A DNA stretch of 64,000 nucleotides from an uncultured delta proteobacterium (lineage in GTDB: Bacteria; Desulfobacterota; RBG-13-43-22): NCBI GenBank assembly GCA_963843145.1, contig CAWJJC010000011.1:17793-81792 (forward strand), written 5' to 3'. Every line of letters begins with the position of its first letter. The stretch's first letter is position 1. Positions 48,175-58,573 of this stretch are shown here, piece after piece. The translations under genes and the position numbers were made by a program. The notes below the pieces were generated by a model, which saw only the letters and a list, made by a program, of their open reading frames with translations, searched no databases and was not told the DNA's origin.

Positions 48175-48259
48175 GTCATCCCCGAGTGCTTCAATCGGGG
48201 ATCCAGAATCGCACCAGACAGGAGCTGGATTCCCACCAAAAAAACGCTGCGGGAATGGC
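48175..48259. repeat. palindromic intergenic repeat
   Basis: Copy of 5659-5742 with flanks also shared (GTCTGTACA..., GAGATAG.CGATTCTATTATG). Confidence 0.85.
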
Positions 48260-48326
48260 GAGTTAAAAGCCACGAGATAGTCGATTCTATTATGGGACCA
48301 TTACTACCTGGGAACGCTGGAAAAGG

Positions 48327-48358
48327 TTCCGTGGGCCCTGGGCGCAGGGCCCACGGAA
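48327..48358 (-). terminator. hairpin after the SBP gene (terminator or stabiliser)
   Basis: TTCCGTGGGCCCTG-GGCG-CAGGGCCCACGGAA. Confidence 0.55.
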
Positions 48359-48378
48359 GAACAGGGAAGGGTTGAACG

Positions 48379-49623
48379 TTAATAAATGTTGCGGAGAGGC
48401 CAGACCCCCTGTTTGATCACCTTGCCTTTTTGCAGTTGGTCGACCCGGACCTTGTCGACCCCTTCGATCCGGTTCGGGCCGTAACTGATCGGGCTGGCGC
48501 TGATGCCGCCGGTGTCCAAGTTCTTGATCTGATAGAATCCATTGTTCAGGACATCCACCGGTTTCAGTTTCTCCAGCGGGACCTTTTGCATGGCCAACCG
48601 CAGGGCCTCCACTTGGATCATGGCTTCCAGAAAACCGCCCATGTACTGACTGTGGCTGACCCACTTATTGGGGTGGTACTTTTTCTGTAATTCGGTCTCG
48701 AATTTTACCCCGGGGCTCATTTCATCCCAGGGGGGGAAACCGCCGGCGACCACAAATCCGTCCCCCAAGGTCCCCATGGCGGCGGCAAAGACCGGCAGGT
48801 GGCTCGGCAGGGCACAACCCAGGGTCATCTTATAGGCCTGAAAGGGACCCATCCCAAGCCGGACCATTTCCTTGACGGTCGGCTGGGATCCGGGATTGAT
48901 CATGACGCCCAAGGCCAGGTCCACCTTATTCTGCTTAAGCCACATCAACTGGGTGGTGGGGGGAGAGGTCGGGACGAGCGGCACGTACTGGGTGCCGACG
49001 AACTCATAGCCGACCTTTTCCAGATAGGCTTTCATTTCCGGGATTTCGATGGACTTGCCCATGGCGTTGTCCGCGGTCAGATAGGCCACTCGGGGTTTTC
49101 TTTTTTCCTTCCAGTTTTCCTTGTACCATTCGGAGATGGCCGCCAGCTCATCCGTATAAATTGGATAATAGGTGAAGATGGTTCCCATCGGTTTCATGAG
49201 ATAGGGGCCGGTGGCCATACTGGTGGCGCCGAAGCCGTCCTGTTTCAGCCGATCCTTTAAGGCCAGGGCGATGGGCGACCCCGAGATCCGGTAGACCAGG
49301 ATCCCCTTGGCTTTCAATTCTTCATAGATCGAAAGCGCCTTGGCCGGTTTGAGTTCGTCGTCGCGCCAGAGCAACTCGATGTTTACATCGGCCGGCCATT
49401 TCTCCTTGCGCCAGGGGGCCAGTTGCTTGGTCTCGTTCACATATTTGACATAATCCTCAAAGGCGGCCAGAACGGCCGCCGAATCCTCGGCATAAGGTCC
49501 GGTCAGGGACATGGTGCCACCGACATAGACGGTCTTCCCGGCCGCGTCGGCCTGGTGGACCACCAGCATCCCGGTCGCCAGCATCATCAGGAAAGCGACT
49601 AACACCCATTTGATTTTACTCAT
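48379..49623 (-). CDS. ABC transporter substrate-binding protein
   Basis: Signal peptide, LTGPYA; paralog of 15550-16791. Confidence 0.9.
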   Translation of the reverse strand: MSKIKWVLVAFLMMLATGMLVVHQADAAGKTVYVGGTMSLTGPYAEDSAAVLAAFEDYVKYVNETKQLAPWRKEKWPADVNIELLWRDDELKPAKALSIYEELKAKGILVYRISGSPIALALKDRLKQDGFGATSMATGPYLMKPMGTIFTYYPIYTDELAAISEWYKENWKEKRKPRVAYLTADNAMGKSIEIPEMKAYLEKVGYEFVGTQYVPLVPTSPPTTQLMWLKQNKVDLALGVMINPGSQPTVKEMVRLGMGPFQAYKMTLGCALPSHLPVFAAAMGTLGDGFVVAGGFPPWDEMSPGVKFETELQKKYHPNKWVSHSQYMGGFLEAMIQVEALRLAMQKVPLEKLKPVDVLNNGFYQIKNLDTGGISASPISYGPNRIEGVDKVRVDQLQKGKVIKQGVWPLRNIY

Positions 49624-49699
49624 TTTTTTCTCCTCTCTGGTCTGTGGTTTTTTTCTCCTTACCCCTGCGGGGTCCTCCGTGTGTTTCCGTCACCCCCTT

Positions 49700-50755
49700 T
49701 CACTCTCCCTCTTCATGCGAAAACGGCCATAATTTGAAATAGGCCTTGATGATTTCCCAACGGTGATCGAGCCCCCTTGGTTCAAAAATCAGAAAAAGGA
49801 TGATGACCAATCCCCGGCTGATCAGGGCCAGGGAGGCGGCGGCCTGGGCGGCCACGGCGGCCGACAGAATCGGGCCCACAATGGTTACCAGCTCATCCAG
49901 CAGCCGGAGCGAAACAGCGCCCAGGATGGCCCCGGGGATGCTGCCCATGCCCCCCACGATCAGCATACCCAAGTACCAGACTGAATCATTGAAAGGAAAT
50001 TGGTCGACGCTGGCGAAGCCGTAGTAGTGCACCAGCAGGGCCCCGGCCACCCCCGCATAGACGCAGCCGATAAAAAAGGCCTGAAGCTTGTAACTCCAGA
50101 GATTAATGCCCATGACCTCCGCCGCCAGGTCGTTATCCCGAATGGCCACGAAGGCCCGGCCGGCCCTGGTCCGGATGATATTCAGAGAAGAGAGGGTGGC
50201 CAGGCAGGCAAAAAACATCACCAGATAGAAATAGCTGGCTTTGGAATTCAGGACCAGACCCCCTATCCGAGGTTTGGGTACCGCCAGGCCATCGGCCCCC
50301 CCGGTAATACTTTGAAGCTGCAGGATCAGCCAAATAATGATGAAATGGGCGGCGATCGTGGCCATAATCAGGTAAAAGCCCTTGATCTTCAAGGAGGGGA
50401 GGCCGAAGATCAGACCCGCCACTCCGGCCGCCAGGGCCGCGGCGGGCAGGGCCGCCCAGAACGACCATCCGTGGTGCGCGGTCAGGATGGCGGACACATA
50501 GGCCCCGACTGCCATGAAACCGACGTGCCCCATGGAGATCTGTCCGCAATAACCGGTTAAAATATTCAGGCCGAGCACACTGATAATGGCGATGCCGATC
50601 ATGGTCAGAATCGTCAGTTCCCGATCACTGAAAAACAGCGGGCAGACCAAAAGAAAGAGTAAAAAGGCGGCCAGCAGTAACCACTGCCGTCCGGTGCGCA
50701 GGAGGGCCATGTCCTGGCCGTAATCTTCTTGAAAGAGTCCCGAGCCGAAACCCAT
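49700..50755 (-). CDS. livM: branched-chain-type ABC permease
   Basis: GLNILTGYCGQISMGH, GRAFVAIRDND, EPRGL. Confidence 0.9.
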   Translation of the reverse strand: MGFGSGLFQEDYGQDMALLRTGRQWLLLAAFLLFLLVCPLFFSDRELTILTMIGIAIISVLGLNILTGYCGQISMGHVGFMAVGAYVSAILTAHHGWSFWAALPAAALAAGVAGLIFGLPSLKIKGFYLIMATIAAHFIIIWLILQLQSITGGADGLAVPKPRIGGLVLNSKASYFYLVMFFACLATLSSLNIIRTRAGRAFVAIRDNDLAAEVMGINLWSYKLQAFFIGCVYAGVAGALLVHYYGFASVDQFPFNDSVWYLGMLIVGGMGSIPGAILGAVSLRLLDELVTIVGPILSAAVAAQAAASLALISRGLVIILFLIFEPRGLDHRWEIIKAYFKLWPFSHEEGE

Positions 50756-50758
50756 GGT

Positions 50759-51646
50759 TCAAATCCTTTCTATCCTGACCAGACCGAATAAACCGTGGGG
50801 TTTGAAGATGAGGACGATCAACATCACCACAAAGGGAAATATCTGCGCCAAACCGCCGCCCGGCAAAAGAGGGTCCAGGTAGCCGGCGGCGATATTCTCC
50901 GAGACGCCCAGGATGATTCCGCCGACGATGGCCCCGCCAATGGAGTTGACCCCGCCCAGCAGCACCACCGCGAAGGCCTTGAGGCCGATCTCGGCCAGCG
51001 GGATCATCACGCCGGAGACGCCGCCCAAGAGAATCCCGCCGATCACTCCGACAATGCAGGATATTACCCAGGAAACGGCATAGACCGTGGTCGCCTTGAT
51101 GCCGAAGCTTTGCACCACCTGCAGGTCTTCGGCCGTGGCCCGCATGGCCAATCCGATCTTGGTATAGCGGAAGAGCAGCAGGAGCAGGGTAACGGCCACC
51201 AACGACACCAGGAGCCCGATGAGCGATTCCGGGGGTACGGAGATCTTGCCCAGCTTCAGGGTCAGCGTGGGCAGCAAGCCATGGTAGGTCTTGTATTCGC
51301 CCCCCCAGATCAAGGTGGCCAATCCTTCCAGCACCGTGGCCAGGGCGATAGTCATCATGATGAGCGCCAGCTCCGACTGACCGAGCAGGGGGCGCAGGGC
51401 CAGCCGTTCAATCAACAAACCCATGAGGGTGGCCGTGATCAAGGCCATGATCAGGGTAGCCCAGATCGGCAGCCCGAAGGTCACCAGGAAGGTATAGCCC
51501 AGGTAGCCGCCGATCATGACCAAGTGGCCCTGGGCGATATTAAAGACATTGGAACACTTGAGAATGATGACAAAGCCGATAGCGATCAGGGCGTAGACCA
51601 TGCCCAGGGTCAAACCGGTTACCACCAATTGCAGAAAAAAGGTCAT
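50759..51646 (-). CDS. livH: branched-chain-type ABC permease
   Basis: GMVYALIAIGF, FNIAQG, KPHGLFG. Confidence 0.9.
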   Translation of the reverse strand: MTFFLQLVVTGLTLGMVYALIAIGFVIILKCSNVFNIAQGHLVMIGGYLGYTFLVTFGLPIWATLIMALITATLMGLLIERLALRPLLGQSELALIMMTIALATVLEGLATLIWGGEYKTYHGLLPTLTLKLGKISVPPESLIGLLVSLVAVTLLLLLFRYTKIGLAMRATAEDLQVVQSFGIKATTVYAVSWVISCIVGVIGGILLGGVSGVMIPLAEIGLKAFAVVLLGGVNSIGGAIVGGIILGVSENIAAGYLDPLLPGGGLAQIFPFVVMLIVLIFKPHGLFGLVRIERI

Positions 51647-53583
51647 GGATCCGCCCTTTCAATAGACTGAATAGTTAAAGTCGTCCGGGCGGTGCCCATC
51701 CGTCCGTCCCGGTACTGGACCGGCGCTTCGATCACCGCCTCGGTCCGGCCGCTGTAGAGGGCTTCGATCAGCTCCCGGTACCGTGTTTCCAATCGGGACC
51801 GGCGCAGCGCTCTGGTTCGCGTGATTTCGCCTTCGTTGGGATCGAATTCCCGGTGGAGATTGACCGCCTTGCTGATCCGGACCTCGGCGGGAAGATCGGC
51901 GTTGATCCGCTCGATCTCCTGGCCGATCAATTCCACCACCTCCGGTCTTTGGGAGAGGTCGGCGAAGGCCGTATAGGACAATCGCTTTTTTCCCGCCCAT
52001 TGGCTGACCTGGTCATAATGGATAACGATCACGGCCGAGATGGTGCTCCGGTCCGGACCCGCCATCACCCACACGTCCTGGATATAGGGGCTGAATCGCA
52101 GCCGGGCTTCAATCATCTGCGGGGCCAGTTTTCCGCCGCCGGCCAGTTCGACCAGATCCCGCAGGCGAGCGACAAAGACCAGGTGCCCATTCCCACCCGG
52201 AATAACATGGTCGCCGCTGTGAAACCAGCCGTCTTTCAAAGCCTCCGCCGTCTGAAGGGGATCGTTCTGGTAGCCGATAAATATCCCCGGCTGGCGGTAG
52301 AGGAGCTCCCCCTGATCGCTTATTTGGACCTCGGCTTCCGGGTTCACCGGCCCGACCGTGTCTAAGCGGAGATCGTCGTTCCGGGCTCCGGTCAGTATGC
52401 CGCCCTCGGTGGATCCGTACAGACTCTTGAGGGATAGATTAAGCCGCTGGTAGAACCGGCAGACCTCCGGACTCAGAAAAGCCCCGGTACTATAACAAAT
52501 GCGCGCTCGGGAGAGACCCAAGCTTTTTTTGATGGGCTTAAAAATTAAGCGGTCCGCCAAAGCATACCCTAGTTTCAACAGCAGGCCGGGCGTCTGCTTT
52601 CGCGTCTTGCAATCGACCAGCTTGTCGCCCAGCGGCAGAAATAGGCGCTGGGCCCACTTTTCCAGGCGATCGGCACTGGCCATCCGACCCTGAACCTGGG
52701 CCGCCTGCCTCTCCCAAAGTCGGGCGCCGTAAATGACGATACGGGGACTGGTTTCACGGATATCGCGTTGCTGGGTTTCCGGGGCTTCCGCAAAGTTCAG
52801 GGTGCAGGCCGACAGCAGGTGGCAGCCGATGCCGAACCATTGTTCCGTGATCCAGACCGGAGGAAGATAGGGAACCACCGTATCATCGGGAAACCAGGGG
52901 TCGAGCCGCAGGGCCCAGTCGACACTGGCCCGCAGGGTCCGATAGGTATGCCGGGCTCCCTTGGGGGCCGGCCCGGTGGTCCCGGCCGTATAAACCAGGG
53001 CGCAAACATCATCTGCCCGGCCGGATTCCACCTGCCGTTCAAAAAGACCGGGTTGTCTTTTTTCGAAATTTTCCCCGCTGCGGATCGCCTCTCGATAACC
53101 CAGCAAAAACGGATCGTCGTAATGGGCCAGGCCCTTATAGTTCCAATAGATCACCTGCTGGAGTCGGGGCAGTTCGTCTTTGATCAGGAGAAACTTGTCG
53201 ATCTGCTCCTGCCCTTCAACGACGGCAAACCGCGCTTCGGAATGTTCGGCCAAGGTTTTGATTTCGTCCGCGGTCAGATCGGAATAAAGGCCTACCGCGG
53301 CACCCCCGTTGGCCTGGGCCGCCAGTTCGGCGGTATACCATTGAGGGGCATTATCCCCGACAATCAACACCTTGTCTTCCGGCTCCATGCCGAGGGCGCG
53401 CAACCCCAAGGCCAGGTGTTTGACATTCAGGTAATAGTCTTTCCAGGTATAGGGCTGCCAGATCCCGTAATGCATATAGCGCATGGCCTTACGACGATCG
53501 CCATAGGTTTCATAGTTGTATTTGAGGATCTGGGGCCAGGTGTCTCCCTGGCCCTGAGGAGCCGATCCAATCCCGGTAGTCAT
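51643..53583 (-). CDS. long-chain acyl-CoA synthetase-like AMP-binding protein (degenerate motifs)
   Basis: YTAGTTGPAPKG, YGSTE, HSGD; terminal motif TRTRALRR lacks the usual Lys. Confidence 0.85.
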   Translation of the reverse strand: MTTGIGSAPQGQGDTWPQILKYNYETYGDRRKAMRYMHYGIWQPYTWKDYYLNVKHLALGLRALGMEPEDKVLIVGDNAPQWYTAELAAQANGGAAVGLYSDLTADEIKTLAEHSEARFAVVEGQEQIDKFLLIKDELPRLQQVIYWNYKGLAHYDDPFLLGYREAIRSGENFEKRQPGLFERQVESGRADDVCALVYTAGTTGPAPKGARHTYRTLRASVDWALRLDPWFPDDTVVPYLPPVWITEQWFGIGCHLLSACTLNFAEAPETQQRDIRETSPRIVIYGARLWERQAAQVQGRMASADRLEKWAQRLFLPLGDKLVDCKTRKQTPGLLLKLGYALADRLIFKPIKKSLGLSRARICYSTGAFLSPEVCRFYQRLNLSLKSLYGSTEGGILTGARNDDLRLDTVGPVNPEAEVQISDQGELLYRQPGIFIGYQNDPLQTAEALKDGWFHSGDHVIPGGNGHLVFVARLRDLVELAGGGKLAPQMIEARLRFSPYIQDVWVMAGPDRSTISAVIVIHYDQVSQWAGKKRLSYTAFADLSQRPEVVELIGQEIERINADLPAEVRISKAVNLHREFDPNEGEITRTRALRRSRLETRYRELIEALYSGRTEAVIEAPVQYRDGRMGTARTTLTIQSIERADP

Positions 53584-53599
53584 TTTCGCCGCCCTTCCA

Positions 53600-54409
53600 T
53601 CAAGCCATCCATCGCTTCCGGCGCCGGTAGTGCTTCACTTCCCGGTAGCTCTTCCGGGAGCCGACGGCCGAAAGCCCCAGATAAAATTCCCGCACGTCTT
53701 CGTTATTCTTCAACGCCTCGGCCGGACCGCTCAGCACGATGCGGCCGTTTTCCATGACATAACCGACATCCGCGATGCCCAAGGCGGCGTTGACATTTTG
53801 CTCCACCAGGAGAATGGCCATCTGCTGCTCCACGCTGATCCGCTTGATAATTTCATAGATGTCCTGCACCAACAGCGGGGCCAGACCGAGGGAGGGTTCA
53901 TCGAGAAGCATCAGCTTCGGACGGGCCATGAGGGCCCGTCCGATCACCAGCATCTGCTGTTCTCCGCCGGACAGATAGCCGCTGGTCCGTCGGCGGAGCT
54001 GCTTAATCTTGGGAAAGCGCTGAAAGACCATTTCCAGGTCCTCTTTGATACCCGCCCGATCTTTGCGGCAGTAGGCCCCCACCAATAGATTTTCCTCCAC
54101 GCTCAGATGCTCCAGGACCCGCCGTCCTTCCATGGCCTGGCTGATGCCCAATTTGGCAATAGCCCCGGGTCCGTAGTGATCGGTCCGCTGTCCGACAAAG
54201 TCAATGCGGCCGTCGGTCACTTCGCCTTCCTCCGTTTTCAGCATCCCGGAAATGGCCCGGAGGGTGGTCGTTTTCCCCGCTCCATTGGCCCCCAGCAGGG
54301 CGACGATTTGCCCCTCCCCCACTTCCAGCGATACGCCCCGAAGCACCTGGATAACCTTCATATAGACCACTTCGATATTGTTTACCTGAAGCATGGGATC
54401 TCCGTTCAT
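53600..54409 (-). CDS. livF: branched-chain-type ABC ATP-binding subunit
   Basis: GANGAGKTT, LSGGEQQM, DVREFYLG. Confidence 0.92.
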   Translation of the reverse strand: MNGDPMLQVNNIEVVYMKVIQVLRGVSLEVGEGQIVALLGANGAGKTTTLRAISGMLKTEEGEVTDGRIDFVGQRTDHYGPGAIAKLGISQAMEGRRVLEHLSVEENLLVGAYCRKDRAGIKEDLEMVFQRFPKIKQLRRRTSGYLSGGEQQMLVIGRALMARPKLMLLDEPSLGLAPLLVQDIYEIIKRISVEQQMAILLVEQNVNAALGIADVGYVMENGRIVLSGPAEALKNNEDVREFYLGLSAVGSRKSYREVKHYRRRKRWMA

Positions 54410-55242
54410 TTCTCTTTGCCCAGGTAGGCGCTGATTACCGCGGGGTTGGCGCTGATTTCGGCCGGGGTGCCTTCGGCGATTTTGCGTCCGAAATCCAGGA
54501 CGACAATCCGGTCGGCAATGTCCATCACCACTCCCATATCATGCTCGATCAGGATGATACAGTGGACCCCGTCACGCAAAACCGGCGTGTCCGGATAGGT
54601 GGCGCCCTGCCCCTCAAAGACATCCAGGATGAATCGGGCCATGTCTTCCTTTTCCTCCAGGTTCATGCCGGCCATCGGTTCGTCCAGAAGCAGGACTTTG
54701 GGTTCCAGGGCCAAGGCCCGGGCCAGTTCCACCCGTTTGCGCATCCCGTAAGACAGAAGGCCGACGACTTTTTTTCGGACCGGGGCGATTTCCAAGAAAT
54801 CAATAATTTCTTCGACCACCCGACGGTGGGCGATTTCCTCTTTCAGGGCCCAGCCCAGGTAGAGCCCGCCGGTAACGAAGGTTTGCTTCATCAGCACGTG
54901 GCGGGCGGCCATGATGTTGTCTTGCGTGTTCAGCCCGGTGTACAACTCGATATTTTGAAAGGTGCGGGCGATGCCGAGTTTGGCCAACTTGTCCGGTCGC
55001 ATGCGGGTTATCCGCCGCCCATCATAGGTGATCTCTCCTCTTTGAGGCTTGTAGAAGCCGTTGATGCAGTTGAGCAGCGCGGTCTTGCCGGCCCCATTGG
55101 GGCCGATGATGGCCAGGATTTCCCGATCCCGGATATCCACGCTCACCTCGGACAGGGCGCTGACCCCGCCAAAACTGAGGGAGAGGTTGTCAATCCGCAA
55201 TTTAACCTGTTTTTCCGTATCCACTGGTCTTCGACTCCTCAT
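54406..55242 (-). CDS. livG: branched-chain-type ABC ATP-binding subunit
   Basis: FGGV, GPNGAGKT, RTFQN, DEPMAGMN. Confidence 0.92.
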   Translation of the reverse strand: MRSRRPVDTEKQVKLRIDNLSLSFGGVSALSEVSVDIRDREILAIIGPNGAGKTALLNCINGFYKPQRGEITYDGRRITRMRPDKLAKLGIARTFQNIELYTGLNTQDNIMAARHVLMKQTFVTGGLYLGWALKEEIAHRRVVEEIIDFLEIAPVRKKVVGLLSYGMRKRVELARALALEPKVLLLDEPMAGMNLEEKEDMARFILDVFEGQGATYPDTPVLRDGVHCIILIEHDMGVVMDIADRIVVLDFGRKIAEGTPAEISANPAVISAYLGKEK

Positions 55243-55357
55243 CCGTTCCGGCCAATATACACCGAATCGCGGGGGCTCACAAATTTATAAAACCGAATAC
55301 TCCCACCGGGTTAAAAAGTCAATACATTAAATATTAACTCATTTACTATCAACCTAT

Positions 55358-56020
55358 TTAAGAATCTTCAACGACCCCCTCCAGCCCCTTGAGCAGGTTT
55401 TCATTTTCACCCGGGATCACCATTTCAAAAAGGGCATCGATGGCCGTGTAATCGTAATAACCCAAACGGGCCAGGGGACGGATCTTCAGCAGATCGAGGC
55501 GCCCGTCAGGCCTGATGAATTCGTCCTTGATATGCACCAGGACCACCCGACCGATCACCACGTCCACGGTACCCATCAGACCGCGTCCGGGCAGACGCAG
55601 CGTCTGGTAGTAGCGGCACTCAAATTGGATCGGGGACTCGGCGACCCGGGACGGCTTGATCCGGAGCGAGGGAACCTTGCCGACCCCGGCCAATTCAAAT
55701 TCGTCCACCTCGGGAGGCACCTCGACCGCCGAGCGGTTGACCGCCTGGCGCAGATCGTAGGTGGCCATATTGTAGACGAATTCCCCGGTCTGTTCGCAGT
55801 TAACCACCGTGTCTTTCCGTTTTCCCCGGGTATTCTGGTTGGCCGCGAACATCACATAGGGCGGATCAAAAGTCAGGTTCTGAAACTGGCTGTAAGGGGC
55901 CAGGTTGGGCGACCCGTCGGCCCCGACGGTCGAGATCCAGCCGATGGGCCGTGGGACAACGCAGGCCTTAAAGGGGTTAAAAGCCAGGCCATGATCATTC
56001 AACTCCGGATCATAATACAT
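55358..56020 (-). CDS. flavin reductase family protein
   Basis: VVPRPIGWIST, NLAPYS, KDT..N...TGEFV, LARLGY. Confidence 0.9.
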   Translation of the reverse strand: MYYDPELNDHGLAFNPFKACVVPRPIGWISTVGADGSPNLAPYSQFQNLTFDPPYVMFAANQNTRGKRKDTVVNCEQTGEFVYNMATYDLRQAVNRSAVEVPPEVDEFELAGVGKVPSLRIKPSRVAESPIQFECRYYQTLRLPGRGLMGTVDVVIGRVVLVHIKDEFIRPDGRLDLLKIRPLARLGYYDYTAIDALFEMVIPGENENLLKGLEGVVEDS

Positions 56021-56058
56021 GGAGACCTCTTCCAGGGTAAAAGATAGCACCCTTTTGT

Positions 56059-56775
56059 TTATTTGCCAAGATACCTTTGGCGAATTTCGTCATCTTCTCT
56101 AAGTTCTGAGGCCCGACCCTGCCGGACAATCTTACCGGTTTCCATAATATAGGCCCGGTCGGCAATTTTAAAAGCGGCTCGGACATTCTGTTCCACCAGC
56201 AGGATGGGAATTCCCTGGACGCGCAGTCCTTGAATGACCTCGAAGATATTCTGGACCACCAGGGGAGCCAGTCCCAGCGATGGCTCATCGAGCAGGAGCA
56301 GCTTAGGGCGGGCCATCAGACCCCGGGCCATGGCCAGCATCTGCTGTTCGCCGCCACTCAACGAACCGGCCTTTCCCGAGAACCGTTCCTTCAAAATCGG
56401 AAACAGTTGCCATACTAAAGGATATAGTTCCTCCAGGTCGGCCCTTTTGCTGCCGTGGACATAGGCCCCCAGGAGCAGATTCTGTCGGACCGTCAGATCC
56501 GCAAAGAGCTGCCGCCCTTCCGGTACCTGCACGAGACCCGCCTTAACAATCTCCTGCGGCCGTTTCCGGGTGATATCTTTGCCCAGAAAGTGGATCCGCC
56601 CCTGCGTCGGTGGGATCAGCCCGGAGATCACTTTGAGCAGCGTCGATTTCCCCGCCCCGTTGGCCCCCAGTAAACAGAGCACCTCCCCTTCCCCGATCTC
56701 CAGGTTGATGCCTTTAATCACCGAAACTCGGCCGTACCCGGCGTGGATATCGTTCAGGACCAACATCAGGGCCAA
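56059..56775 (-). CDS. livF: branched-chain-type ABC ATP-binding subunit
   Basis: GANGAGKST, LSGGEQQM. Confidence 0.92.
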   Translation of the reverse strand: MALMLVLNDIHAGYGRVSVIKGINLEIGEGEVLCLLGANGAGKSTLLKVISGLIPPTQGRIHFLGKDITRKRPQEIVKAGLVQVPEGRQLFADLTVRQNLLLGAYVHGSKRADLEELYPLVWQLFPILKERFSGKAGSLSGGEQQMLAMARGLMARPKLLLLDEPSLGLAPLVVQNIFEVIQGLRVQGIPILLVEQNVRAAFKIADRAYIMETGKIVRQGRASELREDDEIRQRYLGK

Positions 56776-57620
56776 CTCCAGCTTTCACCCTCTTCCGATC
56801 CGAGGTAGGCCTTGACCACTTCCGGATTGCTGGTGATGGCCGCGGGATCCCCTTCGGCCAGCCGCCGGCCAAAATTGAGCACCAGGATATCATCGGAGAT
56901 ATTCATCACTAATTTCATGTTGTGCTCGATCAGCAAAATGGTTTTTCCCTGGCTCCTCAGGGTGGTCAGCAGTTCCATGAAGCGCTCGACCTCAGCGTCG
57001 TTCAAGCCGGAAGCGGGCTCGTCCAGCAGCAGCAGCTTCGGGTCGGACATCAGCGACCGGGCCAGTTCCAGCAACCGCTGATTGCCGAAGGAAAGCGATC
57101 CGGGCATCCTGGCGGCGGCCTCTCCCAGGCCGACGAAGCGGAGGAGTTCCCCAGCCCTTTCTTTGGCCCGTTTTTCCTCACGGGCGGTGCGGGCTCCAAA
57201 GAGCAGGGCGCCACTGATCGTTGGCCGCAGGCTTTGGTGGGCCCCCAATAAGACGTTGTCCAACACCGTGGCATTATTGACCGTAAACAGCCGGATCAGT
57301 TGGAAGGTCCGGGAGATTCCCCGCCTGGCGATCCGGTCGGTCCGCATTCCGGTTAATCTTTCCCCCTGGTAATTGACCTGACCGCTATCCGGAACCAGCA
57401 GCCCGTTGATGACGTTCAGCAGGGTGGTTTTGCCGGCTCCATTAGGTCCGATCAGCGACTTGATGCGCCCCTCCGGCACTTCAAAACTGACCCGGTCCAG
57501 GGCCTGCAGACCCGCAAAGGCCTTAGACACCGCGACGACCTGGAGCAGCCGGGCTTCCGGCCTCCCGGGCCCGGATTCCTGCGGCGAACGGGGAATGGCC
57601 GCCCACGACCGGGACGTCAT
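56766..57620 (-). CDS. livG: branched-chain-type ABC ATP-binding subunit
   Basis: GPNGAGKTT, RTFQ, DEPASGLN. Confidence 0.9.
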   Translation of the reverse strand: MTSRSWAAIPRSPQESGPGRPEARLLQVVAVSKAFAGLQALDRVSFEVPEGRIKSLIGPNGAGKTTLLNVINGLLVPDSGQVNYQGERLTGMRTDRIARRGISRTFQLIRLFTVNNATVLDNVLLGAHQSLRPTISGALLFGARTAREEKRAKERAGELLRFVGLGEAAARMPGSLSFGNQRLLELARSLMSDPKLLLLDEPASGLNDAEVERFMELLTTLRSQGKTILLIEHNMKLVMNISDDILVLNFGRRLAEGDPAAITSNPEVVKAYLGSEEGESWSWP

Positions 57621-58573
57621 CCTTGCCCCCCGGGCAGCAGCCTGTTTTTTACCGTCAGGAGAATGCCCAAAATCCCTCGGGGCAGAAACACCAGCACGAT
57701 GATCAGGATGATGCCGTTCATCAACAGCTCGTAATCCTGGAAGCGATAGGTTAGCTCCGGTAGCAATTTCAGAAAAAAGGCACCCAGAGCCGGGCCGAAA
57801 ATGGTGCCGATTCCACCCAGGAAGAGCATTACCAGGATATTGATAGAGGTCATGACGCCGAAATCGTCGGGGGCGATAAAGCCCATGAAATGGGCGAAAA
57901 GGGACCCGGCCAGGGAAGCGAAAACCGCCGAGAGGACATAGACGCGGACCTTGTACTTGGCGCAATCGACGCCGAAGGTCGAGGCGGCGGTCTCATCGCT
58001 ATGAATGGCCATCAGCGTTCGACCGAAAGGGGAGCGGACGACCGTCAGGCTGCAGAGAATAACCAGGATCACCAAGGCCCAAACCAAATAATAATAATGC
58101 AGGGGATTGTCAAAACTGAACCCGAAAAGGCTGAAAGCCGGAATGTCCCGCAGGCCGGAGGCCCCCCCGGTCAAACCCTGGAGGCCGACAATCAAGGTCA
58201 CGATGATTTCATTGAGGGCCAAGGTGGCCATCGCCAGATAGTATTCCTTCAGGGCCAGTACCGGACGGCCGGTGGTCCAGGCCACCCCGGCACTCAAAAC
58301 CATACCGGCCAAGAGGGCGGGCAGGGGCGGGATTCCCCATTTGACGGTCAGGATTCCCGAAACATAGGCGCCGATCGCGAAAAAAGCGGCATGCCCCACC
58401 GAGATCTGGCCGGTATAGCCCATCAACAGATCGAGACTGACCGCCAGAATAATGTAAATCCCGACGAAGATCAGGATGCCGCTCTTATAGGGAGACATCC
58501 CGCCCAGGGTAATCGGGTAGAGGGCGACGATGAGCATGAACAGCAGCCACCCGGGGTGGCGGAAAGCCATCAT
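57617..58573 (-). CDS. livM: branched-chain-type ABC permease
   Basis: GYTGQISVGHAAF, YYLAMATLA. Confidence 0.9.
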   Translation of the reverse strand: MMAFRHPGWLLFMLIVALYPITLGGMSPYKSGILIFVGIYIILAVSLDLLMGYTGQISVGHAAFFAIGAYVSGILTVKWGIPPLPALLAGMVLSAGVAWTTGRPVLALKEYYLAMATLALNEIIVTLIVGLQGLTGGASGLRDIPAFSLFGFSFDNPLHYYYLVWALVILVILCSLTVVRSPFGRTLMAIHSDETAASTFGVDCAKYKVRVYVLSAVFASLAGSLFAHFMGFIAPDDFGVMTSINILVMLFLGGIGTIFGPALGAFFLKLLPELTYRFQDYELLMNGIILIIVLVFLPRGILGILLTVKNRLLPGGQG

